A DNA stretch of 64,000 bases from an uncultured Verrucomicrobiae bacterium (GTDB taxonomy: Bacteria; Verrucomicrobiota; Verrucomicrobiia; Chthoniobacterales; UBA10450): NCBI GenBank assembly GCA_963772365.1, contig CAVYXA010000001.1, positions 1,600,001 to 1,664,000 on the forward strand, in the 5' to 3' direction. Below, one piece after another: positions 31,427-41,793 of the stretch. Within the stretch, counting starts at the first letter, position 1. Each line of letters opens with the position of its first letter. The position numbers and the translations under genes were made by a program. The notes beneath the pieces were generated by a model. The model had not been told where the DNA came from. It worked only from the letters and a program-made list of their open reading frames with translations, and ran no database searches.

Positions 31427-32326
31427 CTATTTCAGGGCTGATGAGAGCCTCGAGATCATCGTGTCCATCAACTTCGCGTAATTTTCCGTGCCGGGAATTC
31501 CACCGGGAAATTGGGCAAATTCAACTACCTTCGCGCCCGTCGCGCTGGCGACTCTGTCTGCAACTTTCCTGTCCTGATACGGCTCGATAATGATCGCTTT
31601 GATTTTCTGCGCTTTCATTTGCGTGATTACTTCCGCCAGATGCGAAGGCGAGGGCGGAATACCCGGTTTCGGTTCGAGAAAGATGTCGATGTTAATACCG
31701 AACCGATGCGCGAAGTAGGGCCAGGAATCGTGGTAGGCAACCACGGTTTGACCTTTGAACGGCAGCATGGCCGCGCCCCATTCCTGAAGCTTGGAATTAA
31801 TCGTTGCCTCGAATTTCTTGTTGTTTGCTTCGTAGAAAGCTGCGTTTGCCGGATCGACAGCCGAGAACGATTGCGCGATGTGCAGCGCGACTGCTTTCGC
31901 AATGATCGGATCGGTCATGAAGTGGGGATTGCCGAGGGCGTGCACATCACCGGCCGCGCGAGTGACGTTCGTCGGCACATTCATCAGACGAATGCCTTGC
32001 GCCGCAACGACGCGCCCCGGCTTGCCGATCTCGATCTTCGGGTTGCGCGCGTTTTGTAACAATGGTGGTAACCAACCGAGCTCGAGTTCCGCGCCGCCGT
32101 CTATTAACACATCGGCATTGCGTAACGAAACTACGAAGCTGGGGCGAGCATCGACAAAGTGCGGATCCTCCGTCGGTTTCGCCAGCACTGTAACGGCGAC
32201 CTTATCGCCGCCGATCTCGCGAGCGAGCGATCCGAAATCCGGCAGAGTCGCCACGACGTTTAGCTTGGCTTTGGCGGGAATGGCCGCAGCCAGAACCGCA
32301 AACAGAATGAACAGGAGTTTTTTCAT
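31427..32326 (-). CDS. Metal ABC transporter substrate-binding protein (cluster A-I, ZnuA/TroA-like)
   Basis: DPH, GDVH..GNPH, YH, EPKPGIPP. Confidence 0.9.
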   Translation of the reverse strand: MKKLLFILFAVLAAAIPAKAKLNVVATLPDFGSLAREIGGDKVAVTVLAKPTEDPHFVDARPSFVVSLRNADVLIDGGAELELGWLPPLLQNARNPKIEIGKPGRVVAAQGIRLMNVPTNVTRAAGDVHALGNPHFMTDPIIAKAVALHIAQSFSAVDPANAAFYEANNKKFEATINSKLQEWGAAMLPFKGQTVVAYHDSWPYFAHRFGINIDIFLEPKPGIPPSPSHLAEVITQMKAQKIKAIIIEPYQDRKVADRVASATGAKVVEFAQFPGGIPGTENYAKLMDTMISRLSSALK

Positions 32327-32329
32327 AGA

Positions 32330-33922
32330 CTAAAATTTGTGAGCGCCATGCGCGCCGAGGATGAATTCGAACTGAAGGAACACAGAATCGACATCGTTAT
32401 CCGCGAGGAAAAAATTTTCCGCCAGAAAATCATGATTGTATTGCAATCGGATTTTCGAAAACTCAGTCGGATACCAGGTGAGATTCGCGCTGATTCGAGA
32501 GCGCGATTGTCGATCCGGATCGTCGGTGAACCTCGAATCTTCCATGTCTAGATAATCGCCGCGGATTCCCGCGACCCAGCCCTTCTTGAATCCCCAGAGC
32601 AATTGCGAATACAGGCCCCAGTCATGGAACGTTTCCGCAACCGGAAATGTCCAGTCCATTCCGCGGCCGGCTTCAAACCGGCGATACATAGCTTCGGTCT
32701 GCCATTTCAGGAACGGAAATCCGCCCTCGGCATGTGCGCTTTTCCACTTGTAAAGAAAGTCGCCGCCGTAGATCTGCGTTCGAGTGTCGGCTCCGGTGTC
32801 GTTTGACCCGAATGCTCCGGAAGCGCCGATCAGAATGACCTGGGTTGGGCTCAGGTCGAAGGAATTTTCCAAGCGCGGCAGCCAGACAAAATCGTAGAGG
32901 CCGCGAATTTCTCGATCGGTTGTCATTCGGCCAAAGAAGATTCGGTCGTCTCCGGGATTGCGAAACGAATAAGCGGTGCCGCCGCGTCCATTCTGAACAC
33001 CGAGGATCAGTTGGGAATACCACGGCACCGGAAGCAGCCATGAGATTTGCCCGCCCACGCCGCGTAATCCGTCCGGTCCGAGGAAGCGGCCGTTGACTAA
33101 CGGAGCATCGGCAAACTCCCAGACGTGCGGATGCGTCGGGTTCAAGCGGCCAAAGGCGGCAAAAAACTGGCCGCCTTTCAACTGAAGATTGAACGGAAGA
33201 TTTGTCGTCTGGAGAAACGCTTCCTCCACTTCGACTTCGGTTTCGTTGTCGTTGTCGAGCTTGAAAACAATATTGGCGAATCCTTCGAAATAAGGATCCA
33301 CCGCGCCATCGAAGGCCAACTCGATATTCCGGGCGTTGAAACCGCGCTGTTGCGGATCGTGATCGCCGACTTCGATGCGGTCGAGATGTTTATCGCTCGA
33401 ATAAGCGAGGGCGAACATTCCATCGAAGGAAATGTTCATGTAATTCTTGCCGCCGCCGATCGTAATCGGCCCGATCAAGCCAGACGAAGGGGTTGTCGAT
33501 CCTACCACTGACGTGTCGGTTGTCGGAAAGGCAGCGCCCACTGCATTACCGTTTTCATCCATTGTTGGACTGCTTTCAGGCGGAGGCGTCGAGGCTGATT
33601 CTACAACCGACGTGTCTTCGGTTGGAAATTGAGGCGCCGCCGTTGGACTGGGAGATGGCGACGGCCCTTCGGAAACTTCATTTTCCTCAGGAGCAACTCC
33701 TTTCGCCTTTTCGAACGCCGCTTGCTGATCTTTCACTTGCTGTTGTAACGCCTTCACTGTTTCGGTGAGGGCTTGGACCTGCTGCCGCAGGGCCGCGACG
33801 TCGGATGCCGACGCCGGCGTGGAATTCGAATCCGGAGACAGTGAGAGTTGCGGTGCGAGTTCCTGCCCAGACGCGACCGCGGCACATGAAACCGCAATTA
33901 TCATTACAAAAATCTTTTTCAT
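32330..33922 (-). CDS. Outer-membrane beta-barrel protein with N-terminal coiled coil (associated with metal ABC operons)
   Basis: Signal peptide, coiled coil, AVDPYF, EEAF, GR.NPTHPH.W, P.EFS..RLQY, C-terminal LGAHGAHKF. Confidence 0.75.
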   Translation of the reverse strand: MKKIFVMIIAVSCAAVASGQELAPQLSLSPDSNSTPASASDVAALRQQVQALTETVKALQQQVKDQQAAFEKAKGVAPEENEVSEGPSPSPSPTAAPQFPTEDTSVVESASTPPPESSPTMDENGNAVGAAFPTTDTSVVGSTTPSSGLIGPITIGGGKNYMNISFDGMFALAYSSDKHLDRIEVGDHDPQQRGFNARNIELAFDGAVDPYFEGFANIVFKLDNDNETEVEVEEAFLQTTNLPFNLQLKGGQFFAAFGRLNPTHPHVWEFADAPLVNGRFLGPDGLRGVGGQISWLLPVPWYSQLILGVQNGRGGTAYSFRNPGDDRIFFGRMTTDREIRGLYDFVWLPRLENSFDLSPTQVILIGASGAFGSNDTGADTRTQIYGGDFLYKWKSAHAEGGFPFLKWQTEAMYRRFEAGRGMDWTFPVAETFHDWGLYSQLLWGFKKGWVAGIRGDYLDMEDSRFTDDPDRQSRSRISANLTWYPTEFSKIRLQYNHDFLAENFFLADNDVDSVFLQFEFILGAHGAHKF

Positions 33923-33977
33923 TAAGCACTCCTTCTCTGCAAACAGATATCGGTGGATTTATGGTCCACGCAAAATC

Positions 33978-36183
33978 TCAGAAAGTCGTGCGCACTCCGA
34001 CCACCACACCGCGACCGGGTAAGGGAAGCACTTCTTTCAAAAACGAAAGATGATCGCGCGCTTCTTCGTCTGTCAGATTTGTGCCGCGGACGTAAACGTA
34101 GTTGTAAGTTTTTCCCCATTGGAATTTGTAGCCGAGGCTGACATTCAAAAACGTGTATCCCGGTGTCGATGTTTCGAACTCGGCCGTGCGATTCTGTCGG
34201 CCCACCCGTTGGCCCTCGATGCTTGCCGTCCAATGCTCGGTTTCATAATTGAGTGATGCGCTGTAACGCAAAGGCGTGATTCGCGGCAATGGCTCGCCGG
34301 AATCGGTATCTTCGGCTCGGACATAATCACCCTGCAGTCGCAAATAGAGGTCGTTCGGATTTTTCTCTGTCGTGGTTTCGCCTCCGGTGATCACGTTCTT
34401 GACTGATTTTGAGTCTTCGACCGGGCTTGTTCTCGTTAACGTTAACGGCAAAAAATGAATATCGGCTCGCGCTTCACCGCCGAAAAACTCGGCGCCTTTC
34501 GGTGTATAAACAAAAACCCGCAAACCGTCTTCAAAATCTGCCGTCGGAGCGAAATCGATAAAGCCATCATAGTTTGTGTAGAAACCGCTGATGAAGCCGG
34601 TCACGACTCCGGCAGTTTTACGCAGGCTAAGATCGAACGTGCGGCTAATTTCGACATCGAGATTGGGGTCGCCCACAATGAACTGAAAGGTCGCGTCGTG
34701 AGGACCGCGGGCGAAAAGCTCTTCCGCTGTCGGAGCGCGTTCCGACCAGGCGAGGTTGAGTGCCAACTGCCAGTTTTCGGCAAAATCGTAAATCGCGCCA
34801 GCCGCGCCGCTGATTGGCAGAAAATCCTGGTTCTTCTGGCTCGGAGAAGTCAGCGAAGTGAGATTGGGATCCGTCGAATCGATGTCGACTGAGTCGTGTT
34901 CGACTCGCACTCCAAATTGCAGACGAAGCGGGGCTAATTTCACTTCTTCAAAAACAAAGCCGGCGATGGCCAGCGTTTGGCTCGGTTGCAAGAAAGCTTC
35001 TTCACCGAGGATCGACAATTCCTTGTAAAAGATTTGCGAGCCAATTGATCCTTCGAATAGATCCGAAGGTGTTTGCACGAGCTCAATACGAGAATCGACT
35101 CCTTTTGTTTTGAATGTCGCGCCCACTGTGCTGTCGTCGATCTCGTCATGTTTGTAATCGGTGTAGACGAATTTCAAGTTTCCCACCGAGAACCAGGGCA
35201 GAGGATCGACAACTGAGCTGCGCAAATTGTACTGGTCCTTGCGCACGTTTAGATGGACGCGCTCCGGCGGCATTGTCGGGTCATCCACTTCCGGATCATC
35301 CGGCACGCCGGTACTCGGATAGAAAGCGCGAATACGAAGCTCCAATGTAACCTTTGTCCCACACATAGGAACCGCCGAAACCGAAATCTTTTGTTTCGAC
35401 GAATGTATTCGGGACTTCGTCGAACGGATTGCCGCCGAAGCCGTCGTTGCGCCGTTGCGCAGGCGTGAGTAGCGCGCGTATCCGTTCGTCCAATGCAAAG
35501 CCTGGAATTGTGCGATTGTCGGTGCGCACCCACGAACCCTCGCCGTGAAAGACCCAATGTTGGAACGGCGAGATTGTAAGCGCCATTGCGCCGCTGCGTT
35601 CGAGATCGGCGCTGTCGAATCGAGAGTCGGCTTCGCCGCTGACCGACTCAACTGGTTGCTCAACCGGAATGAGGTTATCGGTTACGTTAACGACTCCACC
35701 GATCGCACCGGAGCCGTAAAGAATCGTGGCTGGTCCGCGCACGACTTCGATGCTCTGACTCAGCAACGTGCTCACGCTAGGCGCGTGATCGGGACTGAGA
35801 TTCGAAACATCGAAGACTTCGGTCCCGTTGTTGAGGACACGAATGCGATTGTCTGATTGGCCGCGAATGATGGGCCGGCTCGCACCCGGAGTAAACCCGC
35901 TGGCGGCAATACCCGGCTCTTCGGCCAATGTGTCGCCCAAGGTGGGCCTTGCCGCCATTTTCAAATTATTTTCGTTCAGAATGACAACGGACTGCGCCGT
36001 GTCAGTCTCGCTGCTCTCAATCGCACCGCCGGAAACAACCACACGTTCAGCCGTCGCGGTCTGATTCATATTTGCGGGAGCCGGGCTGGGCGTCGGAGAT
36101 GGCTCCTCGGCGCCGGCCAAGATTGCTGCGAAAAGCAGGAGAATTGCTATGATCCAAAATTTTTTCATCGAGATTTTTTTCAA
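33978..36183 (-). pseudogene. TonB-dependent receptor (ZnuD-like), single-base frameshift at about 35310 (probably a sequencing error)
   Basis: Plug motifs SRPIIRG, PDHA, IEVVRGPATILYGSGAIGGVVN; barrel RAPTAEELF..GPH, NLTD...H.S.LK...P.GR, terminal Phe; frames join at SEY-(C)-GVP. Confidence 0.85.
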
Positions 36184-36255
36184 AATTCATTTCAAAGAGT
36201 TGCTATACTGATGGCTTCGCGATCTGCGACCAGATCGACGAAAACGACGCAATGA

Positions 36256-36326
36256 ATTGTGGGGCGTTTCCACGAAACGCCTGTCGTTTGACTAGCGTCC
36301 ACCGAAAGTGGTGGATGCCCCACAAT
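36256..36326. repeat. GTGG-type REP-like doublet / stem-loop between the leader ORF and the TonB receptor
   Basis: ATTGTGGGGC...GCCCCACAAT perfect 10-bp arms enclosing two hairpins (GGCGTTTC-CAC-GAAACGCC; TCCACC...GGTGGA). Confidence 0.75.
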
Positions 36327-36328
36327 AG

Positions 36329-36652
36329 TTAAGCGAACGCAGGTGGCGCGTGCTCGAGTATGCTCGCGCTGAGAAATGGCGATTGGACCCAGAGCGGATT
36401 CAGCTCGGGGACAAGGGAGCATTCGGTGACGGGTCGCGATGAGTTAACGACTGGCGGATGAACCGAGTGCTCGCAACTGCCCGATCGAATCATCGTGACC
36501 GCGCAAGTGTGCTCGACGCGATTGGCATCGGAATGGATGCGCTCGTGTAATTGCGGAGAAACACTCAAGACGAGTGCCCAGAAAAATGCCGCTGAAATCA
36601 GCGCCGCGACCCAGCTGTTACTTGGGATCGGCAGACACGGGCTACTCTTCAT
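36329..36652 (-). CDS. DUF2946-like leader protein (His/Cys motif, C-terminal HAPP)
   Basis: 107 aa; hydrophobic N-terminal segment, HERIH...HTCAVT, Pro-rich tail ending EHAPPAFA; directly upstream of the TonB receptor. Confidence 0.65.
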   Translation of the reverse strand: MKSSPCLPIPSNSWVAALISAAFFWALVLSVSPQLHERIHSDANRVEHTCAVTMIRSGSCEHSVHPPVVNSSRPVTECSLVPELNPLWVQSPFLSASILEHAPPAFA

Positions 36653-36732
36653 AGCGAAGCGATTTTGGCGCCGCAAACAAAGTAGGTCAAGCGGATTGTG
36701 GTCGCGACCTTGCTGCGGCTGTCGCACTGCCA

Positions 36733-36758
36733 GACTCACGACTTCGCTCGAAATGACA
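36733..36758. repeat. Single arm of a TGTCA-type REP-like element
   Basis: Reverse complement TGTCATTTCGAGCGAAGTCGTGAG resembles the 22549 element. Confidence 0.5.
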
Positions 36759-36773
36759 CTGATGAATTTGTTT

Positions 36774-37724
36774 TCAGATGCTCTGCACAAGGCGACGAAT
36801 GAGATTTTCCAGCGTCACGATTCCGGCTAGATTGCCCGATGGATTGACCACTCCGGCCAAACCGAGATCGCGCGGCGCGCAACCGTTGCACGATCCGATA
36901 GGCCGGTTCTTCTTCGCTTGTCGTGATGATGCGCCGCATTTGCTGGTTCAATGGCCGAGGCCCATTCGCATCCAACAGAAGATCGAGACGCATTCACCAA
37001 CCCAAGCGCTTTCCTCAGGCGTGACGACTGGCAGCCGATCGATTCCCGAAGCGCGGGTCAGTTTGAGAACATCTCCTGCCGACATGTCCGGCTCGGACGA
37101 CTGACGATGATCTTCAATGGAACCATCACGTCGCTGCGCTTTGACCATTCGAAAATCGACAACGTTATAGATCATGGCACGCTCCGGCGAAGTAAGCGAG
37201 CCCTCGCGCTCACTTTGGGCGGCCATGAGCTTGAGCTCTTCGCGAGCAGCAAAAAGCCGGGCGCGGCCTTCGTTTCGGCTGGGAATGAATGTCGCGCCGA
37301 TCAGGGATCCGAACTCCAAAGCCGGCGATAGGATTATGAAAACAAATTCGAGCAGACCGGCCAGGGGCACGAGCGCGCGAAAGGGAAGTCGACGAAAGAG
37401 CGATTTCGGAAACACAGCCAGCAAAAACAGATAGACCGGAAGCGCGATCAAGAGGGCGAAAAGAAATCCGGCGAGCCGAAGGCAGGACAAGCCTGCGCGT
37501 AAGCAAAAGCAGACCAAGGATGTCGGCCAGGTTCGTGATCAGCAGGACGGTGACAAATAAGCGCTCCGGCTTTTGGAGTAACTCGGCTCAAGCTCGGACT
37601 GCCGCGCGCAGTTTCGTTTCGCCTGATACCGTAGCCGGACCGGATTGACCGATAACAAGCCGGCTTCAATTCCGGCAAAAAGGAAGGAAATAATCCAGCA
37701 GAGAAGAATGGTGGCGATATCCAT
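36774..37724 (-). pseudogene. CNNM/DUF21-CBS (hemolysin-like) membrane protein, multiple frameshifts
   Basis: SFLFAGIEAGLLS, ER.MI..V.DF, RLPVV, GIVTLENL in shifting frames. Confidence 0.75.
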
Positions 37725-37778
37725 TACAAGGCCGAAGCAACAAGAGGTTACGAAGCATCTTCGCCGGCTCGGTCAGTT

Positions 37779-39047
37779 TTATTCGCTTGTTTCATCGACA
37801 TCCAGAGCCGCCGTTTTTTCCAAGAGCAGTTCCCGGATCCGTTTGCGGCCGGTTCGACTGACAGTGACGGAAACCTCGGGAGATCGAGATGCGTGCCGGC
37901 GGTCGGGAGATAAGCCAAGCCGATTGAACACTAATCCGCCGATGGTGTCGATTCCTTCCGCGTCCACCTCGAATCCAAGCCGCTCACTCAAGTCGTCCGA
38001 GCGCGCGTTTGCCGCTGACGAGAAATTTTCCATCTTCCAGCGGTTCGATGTAAAGATCGGCGCCCCCAAGGGAGCGGCATCACTCAGAATATCTTCGACG
38101 ATATCAGCCATCGTAATGATGCCTTCCGTGCCGCCGAATTCATCCACCACGATGGCGATTCCCTGGGGATGGGTCAGAAAACAGTTTGAGCAAATCGATC
38201 GCCCGCATCGTCTCAGGGACAAACGAAGGCGCAATCATCGTCTCGGTGTAATGTTCAGCCGGGTCGAACAGGAACACCTTCACTTCCACGATCCCACGAT
38301 TTGATCGGGCGTGTCCGCATAAACTGGCACTCGGCGGTGCCGTTTTCCTTTAGGCGCGCGATTGCTTCTTCGTTCGATCAGAGTCATCCGGCAAGGCAAA
38401 CATATCCACGCGGGGCGTCATGCAATCTTTGGCGGTTTTGTCGCCAAGCTTGATGATCTCCTGGATCATTTCGCCTTCCGATTCCTGGAGCGTTCCTTCC
38501 TCTTCCCCGATTTCCACCAGCGTCTCCAGTTCTTCGTCACTCAGGCGTGGTCTTTTTGAGTCGAGTCGGGCGTGACAAGATCGACAACGCGGTGCTGAAT
38601 TTTTCCAGCGACCTGCCCAAATCGATCGAGCACTGGCATCGAGGATTTAGGGTAAAGCCCCAATGGTGGATATCCGATAAGATGCGGAAAGGCGCAGCAC
38701 TTTCGGGATCAGATCGCAAAGATTACAACGACGGTGAAGATCACGACCGTAGCCAGCCATTGCGGCACGCGCCCGGCCAATGGGCCTTCCCAGAGCAAAA
38801 CCAAACAGAGCAAGACGAGCGGGACGTTGACAAGACTGTCCCCGAGAAGAATGACATTGAGAACGCGGCGTGGATGTTCCCGCAGCATGTGGGTAAACCT
38901 GGCGAGCGACGGATGTTGCGCTTCCAAGCGGCGCAACTGATGTGGCTTGAGCGAAAAGAGGGCGGTCTCCAGCCCCGAAAGAGAGCGCGAACAGAAAATC
39001 AGCGCCGCAATGGCTGCGACGAGGATGATTACTCCGGCTGCCGTCAT
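37779..39047 (-). pseudogene. CNNM/HlyC/CorC family transporter (DUF21-CBS-CorC), multiple frameshifts
   Basis: SGLETALFSL, MTPR, AIVVDEFGGTEGIITM.DI, DTIGGLV. Confidence 0.8.
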
Positions 39048-39051
39048 TTTA

Positions 39052-39141
39052 GGAGTGCGGTGACCAGCGGCCGCTGGACGTTTCGAAAGCTCGCCACGGG
39101 ACGAGTTCGCCCGATTGGCGGACGCGGACACCGCGCACTCC
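39052..39141. repeat. GGAG-type palindromic element
   Basis: GGAGTGCG...CGCACTCC termini in a divergent intergenic region. Confidence 0.6.
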
Positions 39142-39211
39142 AAAATCTTTTCTCCGAAAAGCGAAGGATGCGATTTGCCCATGATTCGAGCCGCTACAAA
39201 TTATGCGTGCG

Positions 39212-39683
39212 ATGAACAAAGGCGAGAGGATTTCGCGTTTAGTGCGCGAACTCGGTCGCAGGATCCGAATTCAGCGAAGGTCGACCTCATCAATCACCCA
39301 AATTATCGCGCCTATTTCACGTGCTGGAATCAGCAGCGGTACTACGAAGCGCACGACGTTCTGGAGCAGCTTTGGTTGAACAAGAATTCGCCCGACGACG
39401 ATTTTTTTAAGGGACTGATCCAGGCCGCCGGCGCATTTCGTTCATTTGCAAAAAAATTTTGAAGACCCGTCCCACGCGAAGCACAGCAAACGATTATCCC
39501 CGGCGGTTCGATTGTTCCGGCTCGCGGAAAAAAATTTGTCGAATTTCGGCCCGCAACATCATGGATTGGATGTCGCTGCGCTTTGCCATCTCTTACGGAC
39601 TTTCGCGGATGAAATCGTCGCTTCTGATTACACGAAATCCCTGGTCGCCGGAAGGGGCGCAACTTGCGTTGACGGCTAGGTAG
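39212..39683 (+). pseudogene. DUF309 family protein, frameshifted
   Basis: YYEAHDVLE.LW, FFKGLIQAA; start approximate. Confidence 0.75.
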
Positions 39684-39754
39684 AGGCGATTGACCTCAAT
39701 CGCCCGGGCAGGTTTGATGAGACGGGTCGGGCGGTTCAGGTGAACCGCCCCTAC
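39680..39754. repeat. GTAG-type REP doublet between convergent genes
   Basis: GTAGA-GGCGATTGA-CC-TCAATCGCC ... GGGCGGTTCA-GG-TGAACCGCCC-CTAC. Confidence 0.8.
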
Positions 39755-40489
39755 TGGTAAAAATTAATTTGGCCCCAGCGATCGTCAGCACGATCGCCAG
39801 CAGATCGCGATCGTTCGACTGGGAAAATGCCGACTACCCAGACGCGACCCGATCGTGCCGCCAACAATTGCCGCCGCGGCCAGAACAAGCCTAGCGAAGG
39901 AATGGAATGTTTTTCGTGAAATAACCCGCCAGACCACCAATCGAATTGACCAAAATGAACAGGGCTGAAACCGCGGCCGCTTGTTTGATGCGAGCCCAAC
40001 GACAGAACAACAGCAGCGGCGTCAGAAATATTCCGCCGCCGGTGCCTGTCAAGCCCGGAAAGAAATCCAAGACCTGCGCCGAGGCTCACTGTTTTGACGG
40101 GTCAGGAATGGTAATCGATGGCGGATCGCTGCGGCGAAAAAACAACCGAGCCGCGGAAAAAAGCAGGACCAACCGATCAAGATTCGCAGGATGGAGGCAG
40201 ACGGTTGGAGATAGCCACCCAAATACGCCGCCGGAATCGAGAGCAGGGCAAATGGCCAAAACAGTCTCCAGCAAAAATGACCCGCCCTCCAAAATTGGAA
40301 CGTGCCGATTGTGGCCACCAGAATGTTCAACACCAACGCCGTCGGCCGAATGACGACTGGAGCAAGTCCAAACAGCGTCATCGTTGCGATATAACCTGAT
40401 GCTCCGGCGTGCCCAACGGATGAATAGAGAAAGGCCACAACTCCGACAGCGAGAAAGACAGGATAGAAGTGAGTTGTCCGTCGGTCCAT
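39751..40489 (-). pseudogene. TauE/SafE family sulfite exporter, frameshifted
   Basis: LYSSVGHAGASGY, PTAL.LN, GFLSGL.G.GGGIFL.P. Confidence 0.8.
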
Positions 40490-41555
40490 TGGCGATCCGA
40501 ATACGCTAGTCCGTTCGGACCGAAGCAAAAGTTGTTGTCGAAGAATCCGGCAAGCTCACGCTGAATGGGCTCGCGGTCAAGAGATCGCGCGACTGCGCCG
40601 CATGGTTTTGCCAATGGTTCCACCTGTGAGCGCTTTCAATCTATCGCATTAAGTTGCGGAGATCAAGCCCGCAAGCCGAGCACACAAATAGACTAGCCAA
40701 GGAGAAGTCGCCTTATCTCCTCCAGCACGCACATAATCCAGTCGATTGGTATCCGTGGGGCGAGGAAGCGTTTGAAAAAGCGCGCAAGGAAAACAAGCCG
40801 ATCTTTCTCTCTATCGGTTATTCGACCTGTCATTGGTGCCACGTCATGGCCCACGAATCTTTTGAGGATGAAGCGACGGCCGCGATCATGAATCGCGAGT
40901 TTGTGAACATCAAAGTCGATCGGGAGGAGCGGCCCGATGTCGATCGTGTTTACATGACATTTGTTCAGGCCACTACGGGCGGCGGCGGTTGGCCAATGAG
41001 TGTTTGGTTAACGCCTGATCTCAAACCTTTCGTAGGCGGAACATATTTTCCGCCCGAAGATCGACATGGCCAGCCGGGTTTCAAAAAAGTTCTGGGGCGA
41101 ATCGCATCCGCGTGGAAACAAGACCACAAAAAAATCGCTGAGCAGAGAGCACGAAGATTGTCTGAAGCGCTGCGCGAATCGCAGACCTCACAAGCAGCAG
41201 CTTCGGGCGAGATCGACAACGACGTTTTCCAAAAGGCCTACGAGCAATTCGACCATAGTTATGATCCCAACGAAGGCGGATTCGGCAATGCGCCGAAATT
41301 TCCGCGCCCGGTCGCGATGAATTTTCTGGCCCGATTTTCTGCTCGCGATGCCGAAGAGCGAATCCGGCAAGCACGCGTTGGAAATGGCGTTGTTCACATT
41401 GCGAAAAATGGCCGCGGGCGGAATGCACGATCATATCGGAGGCGGATTCCATCGATATTCGGTCGATCGCTACTGGCACGTCCCGCATTTCGAAAAAATG
41501 CTTTACGATCAAGCGCAACTAGCCGCCGCTTATCTCGATGCGTTTCAGACTTAAA

Positions 41556-41620
41556 CGACCCTCACCTTCATCCTCTCCCCGGCCAGGGAGAGGCGGACGC
41601 GAAAGCGCCGGTGAGGGTCG
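41556..41620. repeat. CCCTCACC/CCTCTCCC-type palindromic element inside the yyaL coding sequence
   Basis: 11-bp perfect inverted repeat CGACCCTCACC/GGTGAGGGTCG with inner CCTCTCCC/GGGAGAGG. Confidence 0.8.
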
Positions 41621-41725
41621 AGTTCGAAGCGGCCGCCCGCGATATTCTCGATTACGTCCGCTCGAGACATGAGTGTCAAAAGATGGCGGATTTTTTTCCG
41701 CCGAAGATGCCGATAGTCCCATTCC

Positions 41726-41793
41726 TGTAGGGGCGGTCTGTGACTATCGCAATTCGGACGAAAAAGACGGCGACGCTCCAGAGCGCCGCTACA
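41726..41793. repeat. GTAG-type REP doublet inside the yyaL coding sequence
   Basis: TGTAGGGGCG...CGCCGCTACA termini. Confidence 0.7.
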
